A program made the position numbers and the translations under genes. The notes under the pieces are model-generated. The model did no database searches. It was given only the letters and a program-made list of their open reading frames with translations, and was not told the origin of the DNA. Below are positions 27,501-36,870 of a DNA stretch of 39,351 nucleotides, piece by piece. Origin of the DNA: a virus (Duplodnaviria; Caudoviricetes); the IMG/VR virus record IMGVR_UViG_3300032212_000061, positions 1 through 39,351 of that record, one strand, 5' to 3'. Position 1 is the first letter of the stretch, and every line of letters begins with the position of its first letter.

Positions 27501-30500
27501 ACTGATAAAAAGTTAAACGCGTATGCAGAAAGAATAGCTGATCAACAAAAAGAAAATGATAAAGAACGTGAGGAATATGAAAAAGGATTAGAAGATCCTC
27601 AAACAGCTGAAGATTATCAGCGGTTGATTTATGTGCGTGCTCAGGAAATAGGCGAGGGCGCTACCTTTAACGAAGCACGAATGACGCTAACCTCAAAACA
27701 GCGTAAACATTTTGATGATTTAGTGGCTGAAGATACGCGTACAAAAAGAGAAGAAAACCGAAAAGAAGAACGCTCACGCGTAAATGCAGCGGGTGAGCGT
27801 ACTGAAACAGAAATTATTGCAACAGAGCATACGCGTGACCATTATCCTCTATGGGTGGTTAAGCCAGCGGATAGAGTTGAGAAAGACGTTTATCGTGAAT
27901 GGTTAACTGCTGCCAAAAAAATGGGCGGTTGGTATTCTCGTTACAATAAAGGTGGCGCGATTGCTGGTTTTCAATTTAAAGATAAAGAGTCGGCTGAAGC
28001 GTTCCAAGATTATGTGACTGACGGTAATACTGAAGGTGTAAAGGAAAAAGCAAAAGCACGCCGTAATGCATTTGAAGATGACCGTTCACAGTCTGCCGTT
28101 GAACGCTTAAATGAAATGGCTGATAGGCTAGAAGAGCGTGCCAATGAAAAGTTAAACCAAGATAGAAAAACCAACACGCAAAGACGCGCTTCAATGGCTG
28201 CGCGTGCTGAGGCGGCAGCTGAAAACGACAAAGCAATTGCAATCACCATGAGAAATATTGCTAATTCAATCGAGTCTGGTAACGCTAAGTTTTTGGACAG
28301 AGTTAGAACAAAGGCGCAAGTTGAAATGATGACTTCGGCTGTTAATGTGGGTAAAGATGCTCAGTTGCGTGAAAAATACCCAAGTTATAGTGATTATGAA
28401 AAGCATAAGGGTGAAGCGCCTGATGAAGAAACTATTGATTATGTTTCATGGCCATTTTATACCGCATACCGTTCTGACTTAGCCAGGTTAGGGCGACAAG
28501 CATTAGAAACTGATGGTTTAAAAATGATCGGCCAGAAAATAATGAAAGTGGCTGACGATGTTACTGAGTCATACTTAAAATATGCTAAAGAAAACTTACA
28601 TGATGTTGCTGTTTTCCAATCTAAAAACGGTGCAAAAGCAGCGTTTAAATCTAAAAAAATGGCCACTGAATCTATATTGCGTTCAGGTTTTCGTGGTCAA
28701 GCAATCGTTCTACCTGTTAAGCGTGGTGAAAATTTAATTATTTTAAGTCCTTCTGAAGCTATGAAGCGCGGCGTATGGGATGGAGATAATGACAAACGTA
28801 TTTCATTAAACCCCAGCTTCATTGAAAGTTTAATCGGTAAAGCAAGAAGAAAAAATAAAATAGATGTGCCTTGGCAGTTCGAGAGCGCGTATGAAAAACG
28901 TACTCGTCTAAAAAGCATGGGGATAGAAACACCAGCTGAATATCGATCTGCATTACGTGAGTTTTTAGAGTCGCAAGAATTAGCAGCTGAACCCGATAAA
29001 ATAAAAGAAATGGAACGTAAAATGATAGGCCGTAAAAAAGACGGTCTTGATTTTTTCCCTACACCAGAAAGCACAGCTGATGAAATGGTGGATATAGCTG
29101 ATATAAAAGAAGGTATGAGTGTTTTAGAGCCTTCTGCTGGTATGGGTCATATTGCTGAACAAATTCGAGCGGCTGAAATTGAACCTGATGTGGTCGAGTT
29201 TTCCGGTGATCGGCGCGAACTATTGGAGGCAAAAGGGTTTAACGTTGTAGCAAGCGACTTTTTATCGGTTAGTGAAAAGTATGATCGAATAATAATGAAC
29301 CCTCCTTTTTCTGAGCGCCGTGATGCTGAGCATGTTCAACATGCTTATGACTTACTTAAACCTGATGGCCGCATTGTTGCCATTATGGGTGAAGGTGTAT
29401 TTTTTGGAAAAGATAAAAAAGCAAAAGCTTTTCGTGAGTGGCTTGATAAGGTTGGCGGCAGTGAAGAAAAGCTTGAGGAAGGCACTTTTAACGATCCAAA
29501 TTTACCGGTTAACACCAGCGTAAATGCCCGGTTAGTTGTTATAGATAAATCGAGTAATGCATCATTTTCCAAAGACAAGGCCGCTTCAAGCGGTCTTTCT
29601 GTTTCTGAGGTTGAGAAAATCATTGCACCGGTTGTTTTAAAGTGGGGCGATAAGGCACCAAAGATTGAAGTAGTGGACAGCATTGAAGATGTTCCCGAGC
29701 ATATTGTTGATGCTAGTGAAGATGGCATGGGTGATGTGAATGCATTGCATTATGGTGCTGAAGAACAGGTTTATTTGATTGCCAGTAAGCTTGCAGATAA
29801 AGAGCATGTTTTAAGCAAGCTTGCACATGAGGCGGTTGGCCATCATTCGTTTGAAGATATGATGGGTGATGATTTGCAGCAAGTACTTGAGCGTGTTCAG
29901 TGGCTTAAAAAATCGGGTGACAAAAAACTCAATGCAATCTCTGAAGAAGTTTTTAAACGTTATGGCCGTTTGGACAAGGTGACTGAGGCAAAAGAGATTG
30001 TGGCCTTGGTTGCTGAAAAAGGGGTTAGTCATCCTCTATTAACAAAAGTGGTGGCCGCTATTCGCCGGTTCTTGCGTAAGCTGGGGATTAGTCTTAAATG
30101 GACTAAAACAGAGCTTGATGCTTTGGTTGTAAAGGCCGCGAAGAACTTAGAAAAAAATCGTTCTAAAAAAGAAAAGAAGGCACGTAAAGAAAAAGTGAAG
30201 CACTTCTCCCGTGAAGATAATGAGCGTTATTTTTCGCGTGAACCTGAAGAAATTTTAAATGATATTAACGAAGAAGCGGGTAAGGTGCCAACGTATGACG
30301 AGGTTAAAGACCTCGTTAAGAATGCCAACACTAAAACACGCCCAATGTGGTTGAAGTTGCTCACTCGCCGCCATTTGGCCGATATCGGTAACGATGTTTT
30401 ACCGACTATTAAAACGTATGTTTTAACCGCTGAGAAAATGGATGCCTTTAGAAATGAATTGGTTGCAGAGTCTTCAGCTGTTGCGAAGGATTGGACGAAG

Positions 30501-33188
30501 TGGGCCACTCAGCCTGAAAACGTGAAAGCCGCTGATACCATGATTAACATTATGCATGAGGCCACTATTGCCGGTGTTGATCCCGCTGAGTCCTATAACG
30601 CGGTTATTGACCTTAAAACCGTTAAAGAAGAAGTGAATAAACAGTTTCGCTTCGCTCGTTCAATGCCTGGGGATGCCAGCAAATATATTTCTAAAGTGAA
30701 TGAGATTAAAGAGCGTGCAGGATTTGAGAAAAAGCGTGCAGCAGCTTATCCAGAATTAAAGCGTAAGTTTGATGCTTTACCTAAAAAAGCAAAAGAGATT
30801 TATAAAGAAGTACGCGATCACTATGTAGAGCGCATGAATGCCACCGAGCAAGCTTTGCTTGATAAGATTGATAGAGCTGAGTTAAGTGCTAAAGAAAAAG
30901 ATCAATATAAAGTTGAAATGCGGCACCAGTTTGAATCGGTTCGTATCGAGGGGCCATATTTTCCGCTTGCGCGTTTCGGTGATTATTGGGCGAAAGTTTT
31001 AATTCCTACTGAGTGGCAGAAAAAATACTCTATCCTTGATAAAGGTTTTACCAGCAAAGAGTCTGAGCATGGCAAGTGGGCAGTAACACACAAAGACAGC
31101 AAGCATGCGATTGAAACCTTTGAAACAAAAGAGGACGCTATTAAGTGGGCTTCAGATAAGTCCATGGACTATGAGTTTTATATGTTTGAAAAAATTAAAC
31201 ATAGAAACAACTTAGTGAAGAAAAAAGAAGCGCAAGGGTTTAAGGTTAAAACCGGTTATAAAATCGAAAAGGGGTCGCGTGAGGATATCGTTAGCGAAGG
31301 TTTTATTTCTAACGTACTTGGCGTGGTTGATAAAACCCTTTCGGGTACCATGGCTGATAAGGCGAAGGATGAAATATACCAGCTGTTTTTAAACACCTTA
31401 CCTGATATGTCGATGCGTAAAAGTTTTATTCATCGTCAAAAGAAAGAAGGTTTTACGCATGATGCCTTGCGTGCTTTTTCTAATCACAATTTTCATGGTG
31501 CCTACCAGTTAAGTAAGTTGAAGTATGCTGATGTATTGCAAGCCCAGCTTGAAAACATGGAAGAGCAAGCGCGTGATATGTCCGGTGAAAAGGCTGATAA
31601 AGCTGCTCAAATTCTTAATGAAACGAAAAAGCGTCACGATTGGGCTATGAACCCAATGGGGGCAAGCTGGGCAAACAACGTAACGCAATTTAATTTTGTT
31701 TGGTACCTGGGCGCAACACCAGCTGCGGCCATTGTGAATATGAGTCAAACGGCTATGGTGGCGTTCCCATCGATGGGCGCAAAGTTTGGTTTTACTAAAG
31801 CCGGTCAAGAATTACTTAAAGCAACAAAAGAATTTGCGAGTAACCGTATTGAACTTAAAGACGGTTTATTCAGTATTGAAGGTGCTTTAAAGGGTGATGA
31901 GCTTAGAGCTTATCGACATTTAGTGGATACCGGTATTATCGATAAAACCTTGGCGCATGATTTGGCGGCTATGTCTGAAACACCGAGCGCAATTTATAGC
32001 CCTAAAAAAGATAAAGTGATGGGTGCAGTGAGTTATGCGTTTCATCATGCAGAACGTTTTAACCGTGAAGTTACATCGATTGCAACATACCGTTTAGCAC
32101 GCAAAAAAGGCATGGGGCATGATGCAGCTGTTCAAGCTGCTTATGACATGGTGGATGCAACACATTTTAATTATTCCAATGCCAACAAAGCCGCGTTTAT
32201 GCAGCATGATATTGCAAAAGTGGCGTTTATCTTTAAGCAATATTCGTTGAATATGATTTACCTTATGGCACGCTCAACCTATCAATCAGTTAAAGGTGAA
32301 AGCGCAGAAGTTAAAAAAGAAGCGCGTAAAAAGTTGGGCGGTATTTTGTTTATGGCGTATTTATTCGTGGGTTATGACGGTATGCCATGGCTCCCATTTG
32401 GTTTAATTGATTTGATTTTAGAATCAATTTGGGATGATGAAGATGAGCCGTATGATATTGAAGCAGAACGCCGCAATTTTTTAACGGAGCATTTAGGTTC
32501 AACGTGGTCTGATATTTTAACGGTAGGGCCAGTGGAAACAGCAACCGGTGCCGGTATCAGTGGACGGTTAAGTTTAAAGGATTTATGGTTGCGTTCTTCT
32601 GATCGTGAAATGGAAGCTAAAGATGATTATGTTCAGTTTATCACTGAATCATTAGGCCCGACTTTTGCAATTGGTTATAACTGGTCAAGAGGTATCGATA
32701 TGATGCAGCAAGGCCATGTTCAGCGTGGTATTGAAACCATGCTACCTAAAGGCATTAAGGATCCAATGAAGTCATACCGCTATGTTGACGAAGGGGTGAA
32801 CACGTTTAAAGGGGATCCCATTATTCAAGATGTATCTAAGTGGGAGGCGTTCTTGCAGTTCATAGGTTTTTCAGTGGCACGCGCTAACAAGCAATATGAT
32901 GCAAAGTCTGCCATTAAAAATACAGAGTCACGCTTAAATAACCGGCGCAAACTTTTAATGAATCAGTTAGCAATTGCGATTCATACCGGCGATAAGTCAT
33001 GGCATAAAGATATTTTAAAAGATATCGGCCAATACAATCGCAAAAACCCACGTAACGCTATTACCCCTGACGGTATTTATCGTTCATTACAAATGCGTGC
33101 ACGTACCAGTGCTATGACGAAAAACGGCGTGTATTTAAGAAAGAACATGCAACACCTTAGAAATAAAGGAAAATTTGCTGATGAGTAA
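24591..33188 (+). CDS. Large polyvalent ejection protein with N6-adenine DNA methyltransferase, zincin (HExxH-like) and PLxRFG domains
   Basis: 2865 aa; DFFPTP, LEPSAGMG (SAM), MNPPF (catalytic); HEAVGH; YFPLARFG; N-terminal FR...PQY.D.DD. Confidence 0.88.
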   Translation: MLLSDFRLKNPQYNDMDDGALTTALHKKYYSDVDFNEFSQSIGYEAQPENAANDIVSAFQGVVNEGVNNPLLNQKQSVVDYQNPIESETLNIRGTDIQTGEQFPVISNNKNILRDIAEPNWRENQLVESIDQMAPGTRKPSGMYPSENKSDLRISLENLFGERGQVTPESNAEDMVHAAAQMNAGRGETAKEYLENTGQRTGVLTRTAKDVASGAVSTAEGMLGYVARMTDSNGMRVAQDEMSNKAHELMPANPQFLDELAAGFGSTATFFVPGLGVMKGAQAVAKVSPTMGAWLGSGAAAGMEAATESGAVYTELRNSGMSHNESAQKADAVFWANAALVSVTNKFGLFNESGGQLARRSLAAVNEGVLQEGPQQAISNIATGKDWVEGVPKSMAIGSIVGTTLAGNTRSKKEEVGAELDKSIENTAVNQDAVDAAIRDQLNPNNQAENNINTSEPPAVQIANALKASVQQPKSTSPYANNDMGSNVVELSKQKNTPQNNAVKPSEVAAEEKKETKPSRIKELLQLQSNLQENGYNDKAELDTKLREIKSLADEVAYGEVEREDYQQAVDVKKWAVEFGHSTNKKDNQVIHQNDVKKETNTLQQSSEQSEMEFKSPQSINEELSSNEVKGEAKKEKNKKKSKDKPVENIANNKERSPNEEEMNYPATNDARILKARENQRGKQPPKSENYKNDDGSEDYSSYLKDFNANRAESWMAESAGIVEATSYERYKLHEAADAQKLALQSKIGAPLKHDGKLFMAGAWGAMGNNDVPVRRIYPLEEYTGKTHTEANGPYEGRIVKHGKKSYVIGEQWLLTSKEGTKTSNEKNDEHEPESSKPKDSDTKRKNNPPSDLDRWEAHDSLMDDMRDGKLTLKQYRDSFEELAANRETVIEELSKETKKTLLSRMGAMDAQRYKSEKKASVVESLYVDMLKDYIPPSSDGGGMYSYSPKVGGDFIQSMIDVVREKVESVTDKKLNAYAERIADQQKENDKEREEYEKGLEDPQTAEDYQRLIYVRAQEIGEGATFNEARMTLTSKQRKHFDDLVAEDTRTKREENRKEERSRVNAAGERTETEIIATEHTRDHYPLWVVKPADRVEKDVYREWLTAAKKMGGWYSRYNKGGAIAGFQFKDKESAEAFQDYVTDGNTEGVKEKAKARRNAFEDDRSQSAVERLNEMADRLEERANEKLNQDRKTNTQRRASMAARAEAAAENDKAIAITMRNIANSIESGNAKFLDRVRTKAQVEMMTSAVNVGKDAQLREKYPSYSDYEKHKGEAPDEETIDYVSWPFYTAYRSDLARLGRQALETDGLKMIGQKIMKVADDVTESYLKYAKENLHDVAVFQSKNGAKAAFKSKKMATESILRSGFRGQAIVLPVKRGENLIILSPSEAMKRGVWDGDNDKRISLNPSFIESLIGKARRKNKIDVPWQFESAYEKRTRLKSMGIETPAEYRSALREFLESQELAAEPDKIKEMERKMIGRKKDGLDFFPTPESTADEMVDIADIKEGMSVLEPSAGMGHIAEQIRAAEIEPDVVEFSGDRRELLEAKGFNVVASDFLSVSEKYDRIIMNPPFSERRDAEHVQHAYDLLKPDGRIVAIMGEGVFFGKDKKAKAFREWLDKVGGSEEKLEEGTFNDPNLPVNTSVNARLVVIDKSSNASFSKDKAASSGLSVSEVEKIIAPVVLKWGDKAPKIEVVDSIEDVPEHIVDASEDGMGDVNALHYGAEEQVYLIASKLADKEHVLSKLAHEAVGHHSFEDMMGDDLQQVLERVQWLKKSGDKKLNAISEEVFKRYGRLDKVTEAKEIVALVAEKGVSHPLLTKVVAAIRRFLRKLGISLKWTKTELDALVVKAAKNLEKNRSKKEKKARKEKVKHFSREDNERYFSREPEEILNDINEEAGKVPTYDEVKDLVKNANTKTRPMWLKLLTRRHLADIGNDVLPTIKTYVLTAEKMDAFRNELVAESSAVAKDWTKWATQPENVKAADTMINIMHEATIAGVDPAESYNAVIDLKTVKEEVNKQFRFARSMPGDASKYISKVNEIKERAGFEKKRAAAYPELKRKFDALPKKAKEIYKEVRDHYVERMNATEQALLDKIDRAELSAKEKDQYKVEMRHQFESVRIEGPYFPLARFGDYWAKVLIPTEWQKKYSILDKGFTSKESEHGKWAVTHKDSKHAIETFETKEDAIKWASDKSMDYEFYMFEKIKHRNNLVKKKEAQGFKVKTGYKIEKGSREDIVSEGFISNVLGVVDKTLSGTMADKAKDEIYQLFLNTLPDMSMRKSFIHRQKKEGFTHDALRAFSNHNFHGAYQLSKLKYADVLQAQLENMEEQARDMSGEKADKAAQILNETKKRHDWAMNPMGASWANNVTQFNFVWYLGATPAAAIVNMSQTAMVAFPSMGAKFGFTKAGQELLKATKEFASNRIELKDGLFSIEGALKGDELRAYRHLVDTGIIDKTLAHDLAAMSETPSAIYSPKKDKVMGAVSYAFHHAERFNREVTSIATYRLARKKGMGHDAAVQAAYDMVDATHFNYSNANKAAFMQHDIAKVAFIFKQYSLNMIYLMARSTYQSVKGESAEVKKEARKKLGGILFMAYLFVGYDGMPWLPFGLIDLILESIWDDEDEPYDIEAERRNFLTEHLGSTWSDILTVGPVETATGAGISGRLSLKDLWLRSSDREMEAKDDYVQFITESLGPTFAIGYNWSRGIDMMQQGHVQRGIETMLPKGIKDPMKSYRYVDEGVNTFKGDPIIQDVSKWEAFLQFIGFSVARANKQYDAKSAIKNTESRLNNRRKLLMNQLAIAIHTGDKSWHKDILKDIGQYNRKNPRNAITPDGIYRSLQMRARTSAMTKNGVYLRKNMQHLRNKGKFADE

Positions 33189-33209
33189 ACCGACAAAGAT
33201 TAATTTAAC

Positions 33210-33234
33210 AAAACCCGCTTTAAGCGGGTTTTTT
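33210..33234 (+). terminator. Intrinsic terminator (potentially bidirectional)
   Basis: AAAACCCGCTT-T-AAGCGGGTTTTTT. Confidence 0.85.
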
Positions 33235-33249
33235 ATTGGGAGTAAGTAA

Positions 33250-35835
33250 ATGGCTCAACCAACACCTTATAACGTGTCAAAAAGTTTTGCTCAAGATGAG
33301 GCTAACAGCTTGGCAGGAAGAGGCACTGTGTCAACATCGGGGGTTGATACTGAATTAGCTAATATCGAAACAACGCTTGATGAAATTTTAGCTAATCTTA
33401 CTTTAATACAGCGTGACGATGGTGATATTGCTAACCAATCAATTGGCATGGATCAGCTTAAAGCAGAGGTCAGTGCTGGTATTAATGCTTCGAGTGATTG
33501 GCTAACAGCTACATTGCAACCATTACGCAGTGCAGCATGGAATGATGGGGCATTATATTATTGTTTAGTTGAGCATACGTCTGGGATTTTTGCGGATGAT
33601 TTAGCTGCAAATAAATGGTTATTACTCGTAGATTTTTCGATCTACGTAACTTCGGCAAGTGATAGTGCAACTGCCGCAGAAGCATCTCGACAAGCTGCGG
33701 ATGCGGATGCGATACAAACAGGCTACGATGCTGCCGCCGCCGCTATCAGCGCCGCTGCTGCTCTTGCAAGTACCCCGCAGTATGTTGCCACCAGTAAAGC
33801 TGGGCTTGCAGGTTTAGAGTTAACTTCTGCCGATGCAGGTAAAAAAGTTTTTGTTACTTCAGTAGGGGATGGTGGTTCATTTACAGTTCGTTATAACGCA
33901 GTACTTGGAACGTATGCAGATAATAGCCCGCAGGCTATGGGTACAATAGCCATCCCAGCAGGCGGGGATGGGACTATAGGAGTAGAAAGAGATTATGATT
34001 GCGCCATAAATGTTAAATGGTTTGGCGCAAAAGGTGATGGCGTAACTTCTGATATTGCGGCAATAACGTTTGCCAAAGCTCAGTCTAATATCCTAACCTT
34101 ACCACGCGGGGTTTATTTGTTTGACGTAGATTCAACATCGTTATTTGATGATGAAACGCTTTTAATTTTTGAAGATGGAGCTATTCTTAAAGCAGCAAGT
34201 GGTGTCCAAGTGCGAGGGAATTCTTGTGCGATTGAGGGCAACCTAACCCAACATTTTGACCACCCTAATTATGATACTCAATGGGCTACAGCAACAGTTT
34301 ATACGGCTGGTGATATTAGACAGTTTGAATATGGGCGCTATTACATTGCAACAGTTGACCATACTTCAGGCGTTTGGTGGAATGGTTCAACAGGCGACAA
34401 GGATACAAATAAGTTTATTCCATTTGCTCCGTTCCAGTTTTTCCAAAGAAAAGAAAGAGATTTTTTTATTTACCCTGAATGGTTTGGTGCAAAGGCAGAT
34501 GGAACAACGTTATCCAGTATTCCGTTTACAAAATCGTTATCATGTAATAGCGTTATGGCATCCATTTCGTTAGTGGATTCTAGCGGAACAACTATAAACG
34601 GATATTATAAATTAAACAGACCGTTTGTAATCCTTAATGGTCGCACACTTTATGGTGGTGAAACCGATAGAGCGCCTGCACTGTTAAGACTCGATGGAGC
34701 AACATGGACTGGCGGGGATTTAGGCGTAAGCTCAGAGGAGATTCCTAACGCTCCTGCTAACTTGAATGGATATTCAAGCTTGAAAAATGTACGCTTTCAA
34801 ATTGAAAACTTCAACAATGTTAATTTTCAATGGGTTAAAATGTTTTTTCTTGAAACCACTAAAGCCGAGCAAATTACATGGGAATTTATTGGCAGTAACA
34901 CAATAAAGCAAGAGGCCCATTTTTCTGGTGGGCCAGTTAATATATGCGATATTAATATGGTTTACGGGGATGGGGGAATAGTTGAAGACCACCCGCTTTT
35001 CTTGGACTTATATAATGGAGCGACAGCAAGGAATATTAATTATAAAAATAAACTTGCTAAAAAAGGGTTAAAAATAAGAGCTGGACGTTTCACGGATATT
35101 ACCGGAGTTTTTATTGAGAATGGGCCAACTGCCGTTAGTGAAGCATACTTGAACATTGAACAAACTGGGGACTCAAACGGCAGGATAGGCGAAATATTTA
35201 TTACAAACGACAAGGCTGGAGATACAACAGGGTTGGCATTAGAGGTGATTTCAAATACAGGGCTTAATAGCCATGTATCAAATGTCAACATAGAAAACAT
35301 TAAGATTTTCCCTCATGACGGTGTTGGCTCCGCATTAGATAACATAGTTAAAATCAACGGCACTACATGGACTAGAGCACAACTTCAGGACTCTACGGGC
35401 AACACCAATATAAGTATTGCAAAAATTAATCAAAATGATTTCTTGCTTGCCGGAACAGCAAGTCAACACAGTAATGGGCCAGCAAGAAGCTCTTGGCATT
35501 TTCCGACCATTGCAAACGCCGGAATAGAATCAATACATTTTGCCCCTATTTTGCGCCAAGGAGTAGCAGCAGACACATACTCTGCCTGGTGTGGAATAAT
35601 TATGATTGCAGCGCGCGGCACAACAGATTTAAGTTATTGCGCGTTTGTTGGTTTGCAACAAGATGAAGCTGGAGCTTTTAATGCAACAATAACTGAGCTG
35701 TCAGGCCCCGCCAATTTTTCGGTGGCCTGGAATGCAGCAACTTCTAAATGGGATATAACAAACACATCGGGGGAGGGGGTTAACCAAGTAATTATAAGCT
35801 TTATTAACCAAGGCCCCAATATATTTACTCAATAA
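33250..35835 (+). CDS. Tailspike / receptor-binding protein with pectate-lyase-like beta-helix
   Basis: N-terminal anchor MAQPTPY...IQRDDG; Ala-rich coil; NVKWFGAKGDG and PEWFGAKADG; N/I/G-rich beta-helix. Confidence 0.88.
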   Translation: MAQPTPYNVSKSFAQDEANSLAGRGTVSTSGVDTELANIETTLDEILANLTLIQRDDGDIANQSIGMDQLKAEVSAGINASSDWLTATLQPLRSAAWNDGALYYCLVEHTSGIFADDLAANKWLLLVDFSIYVTSASDSATAAEASRQAADADAIQTGYDAAAAAISAAAALASTPQYVATSKAGLAGLELTSADAGKKVFVTSVGDGGSFTVRYNAVLGTYADNSPQAMGTIAIPAGGDGTIGVERDYDCAINVKWFGAKGDGVTSDIAAITFAKAQSNILTLPRGVYLFDVDSTSLFDDETLLIFEDGAILKAASGVQVRGNSCAIEGNLTQHFDHPNYDTQWATATVYTAGDIRQFEYGRYYIATVDHTSGVWWNGSTGDKDTNKFIPFAPFQFFQRKERDFFIYPEWFGAKADGTTLSSIPFTKSLSCNSVMASISLVDSSGTTINGYYKLNRPFVILNGRTLYGGETDRAPALLRLDGATWTGGDLGVSSEEIPNAPANLNGYSSLKNVRFQIENFNNVNFQWVKMFFLETTKAEQITWEFIGSNTIKQEAHFSGGPVNICDINMVYGDGGIVEDHPLFLDLYNGATARNINYKNKLAKKGLKIRAGRFTDITGVFIENGPTAVSEAYLNIEQTGDSNGRIGEIFITNDKAGDTTGLALEVISNTGLNSHVSNVNIENIKIFPHDGVGSALDNIVKINGTTWTRAQLQDSTGNTNISIAKINQNDFLLAGTASQHSNGPARSSWHFPTIANAGIESIHFAPILRQGVAADTYSAWCGIIMIAARGTTDLSYCAFVGLQQDEAGAFNATITELSGPANFSVAWNAATSKWDITNTSGEGVNQVIISFINQGPNIFTQ

Positions 35836-35849
35836 ATCAGAGAATAACT

Positions 35850-36284
35850 ATGGCCGATAATCAAGCAACCATATACCGCTACAACAGCGGCGACCAAGGA
35901 ACCCGAGGCATCATAAGTGCTTCGGGTTTTTTTTGTCATACGCTAGAGCTTCCCTGGAGAAACAACCGGCAAAATATCAGCTGTATTCCAGCGGGTGAAT
36001 ATGAATGTTTGTTTGTGAAAATTAAACGCCGTATTGGAGGCCGTAAAGATTTGTATTGGTTAAAGCTGGTCGAAGGTCGCAGTGGCGTTCTCATGCATGC
36101 AGGGGTTTATGCGGGTGATAAGTCGAAAGGATTTAAGTCTAACGTGCTGGGGTGTATTGAGCTTGGCCATAGCATTGGAAAATTAAAAGGGCAGCAAGCT
36201 ATTTTTCGTTCTCGTGAATGTGTTAATGATTTTATTAATCACATGAACAAAGAACCATTCAAATTAATTGTGAGGGATTTTTAA
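35850..36284 (+). CDS. DUF5675-family protein (putative endolysin)
   Basis: TLELPW.NN...SCIPAG.Y...R.G..MH.G...GCI.LG signature; next to a holin-like gene. Confidence 0.78.
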   Translation: MADNQATIYRYNSGDQGTRGIISASGFFCHTLELPWRNNRQNISCIPAGEYECLFVKIKRRIGGRKDLYWLKLVEGRSGVLMHAGVYAGDKSKGFKSNVLGCIELGHSIGKLKGQQAIFRSRECVNDFINHMNKEPFKLIVRDF

Positions 36285-36285
36285 A

Positions 36286-36849
36286 ATGGGAATCATGGAT
36301 CTTATAGGTGGCGTATTGTCTGGTGGTGCTACCGGTTTAATTGGCTTGGGTGTAAATGCCTTTATGTCGTTTAAAAAAGAAAAAGAAGAAAACCGGCACA
36401 AAGAATCGATGGTTACACTTAATACTGAGGCCATGAAAGCTGAAGCCACGCTAGAAATTGAGAAAGTTGAAATAGAAGGTAACATTCAACAAAACATTCA
36501 AGCCAGCAAGGATGCAGCAGCAGGTTTAGCGGCTTCGTATGAGCATGATAGTGCGGCATATTACAAAGGCAAGCAAGGCAAAGTGGCTCATTTCTTTTTT
36601 GGTGTCGTTGATTTTTGTCGCGGCATGATACGCCCATCACTAACTGTTTATTTAGTTGTACTTACTAGCTTGATGTATTGGGCCATGGTTGACTTGGTTG
36701 ATGGCATGGGTACTGGCATTAATGATGCAAAGGCGGTAGAAATAATCTTAATGATAGTGGCAATGGTGCTTTATTTAACATCAACCTGCGTTACCTGGTG
36801 GTTTGGTGGTCGCCAGCTTGAAAAGAACGACTTGGCGAACAAAAAATAA
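36286..36849 (+). CDS. Membrane protein, 3TM holin-like (GTA holin type)
   Basis: Hydrophobic N-terminus, coiled coil, R..IRP..T, two TMs, WWFGGR. Confidence 0.72.
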   Translation: MGIMDLIGGVLSGGATGLIGLGVNAFMSFKKEKEENRHKESMVTLNTEAMKAEATLEIEKVEIEGNIQQNIQASKDAAAGLAASYEHDSAAYYKGKQGKVAHFFFGVVDFCRGMIRPSLTVYLVVLTSLMYWAMVDLVDGMGTGINDAKAVEIILMIVAMVLYLTSTCVTWWFGGRQLEKNDLANKK

Positions 36850-36870
36850 AATTACTGCATTTTATTTTTT
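36841..36870. terminator. AT-only inverted repeat between convergent genes
   Basis: AAAAAATAAAAT-TACTGC-ATTTTATTTTTT. Confidence 0.35.

Noticed and set aside
25571-32544. Many 60-130 aa antisense or alternate-frame ORFs within the giant gene and other long CDSs
   Set aside because: Shadow ORFs with no RBS or motifs
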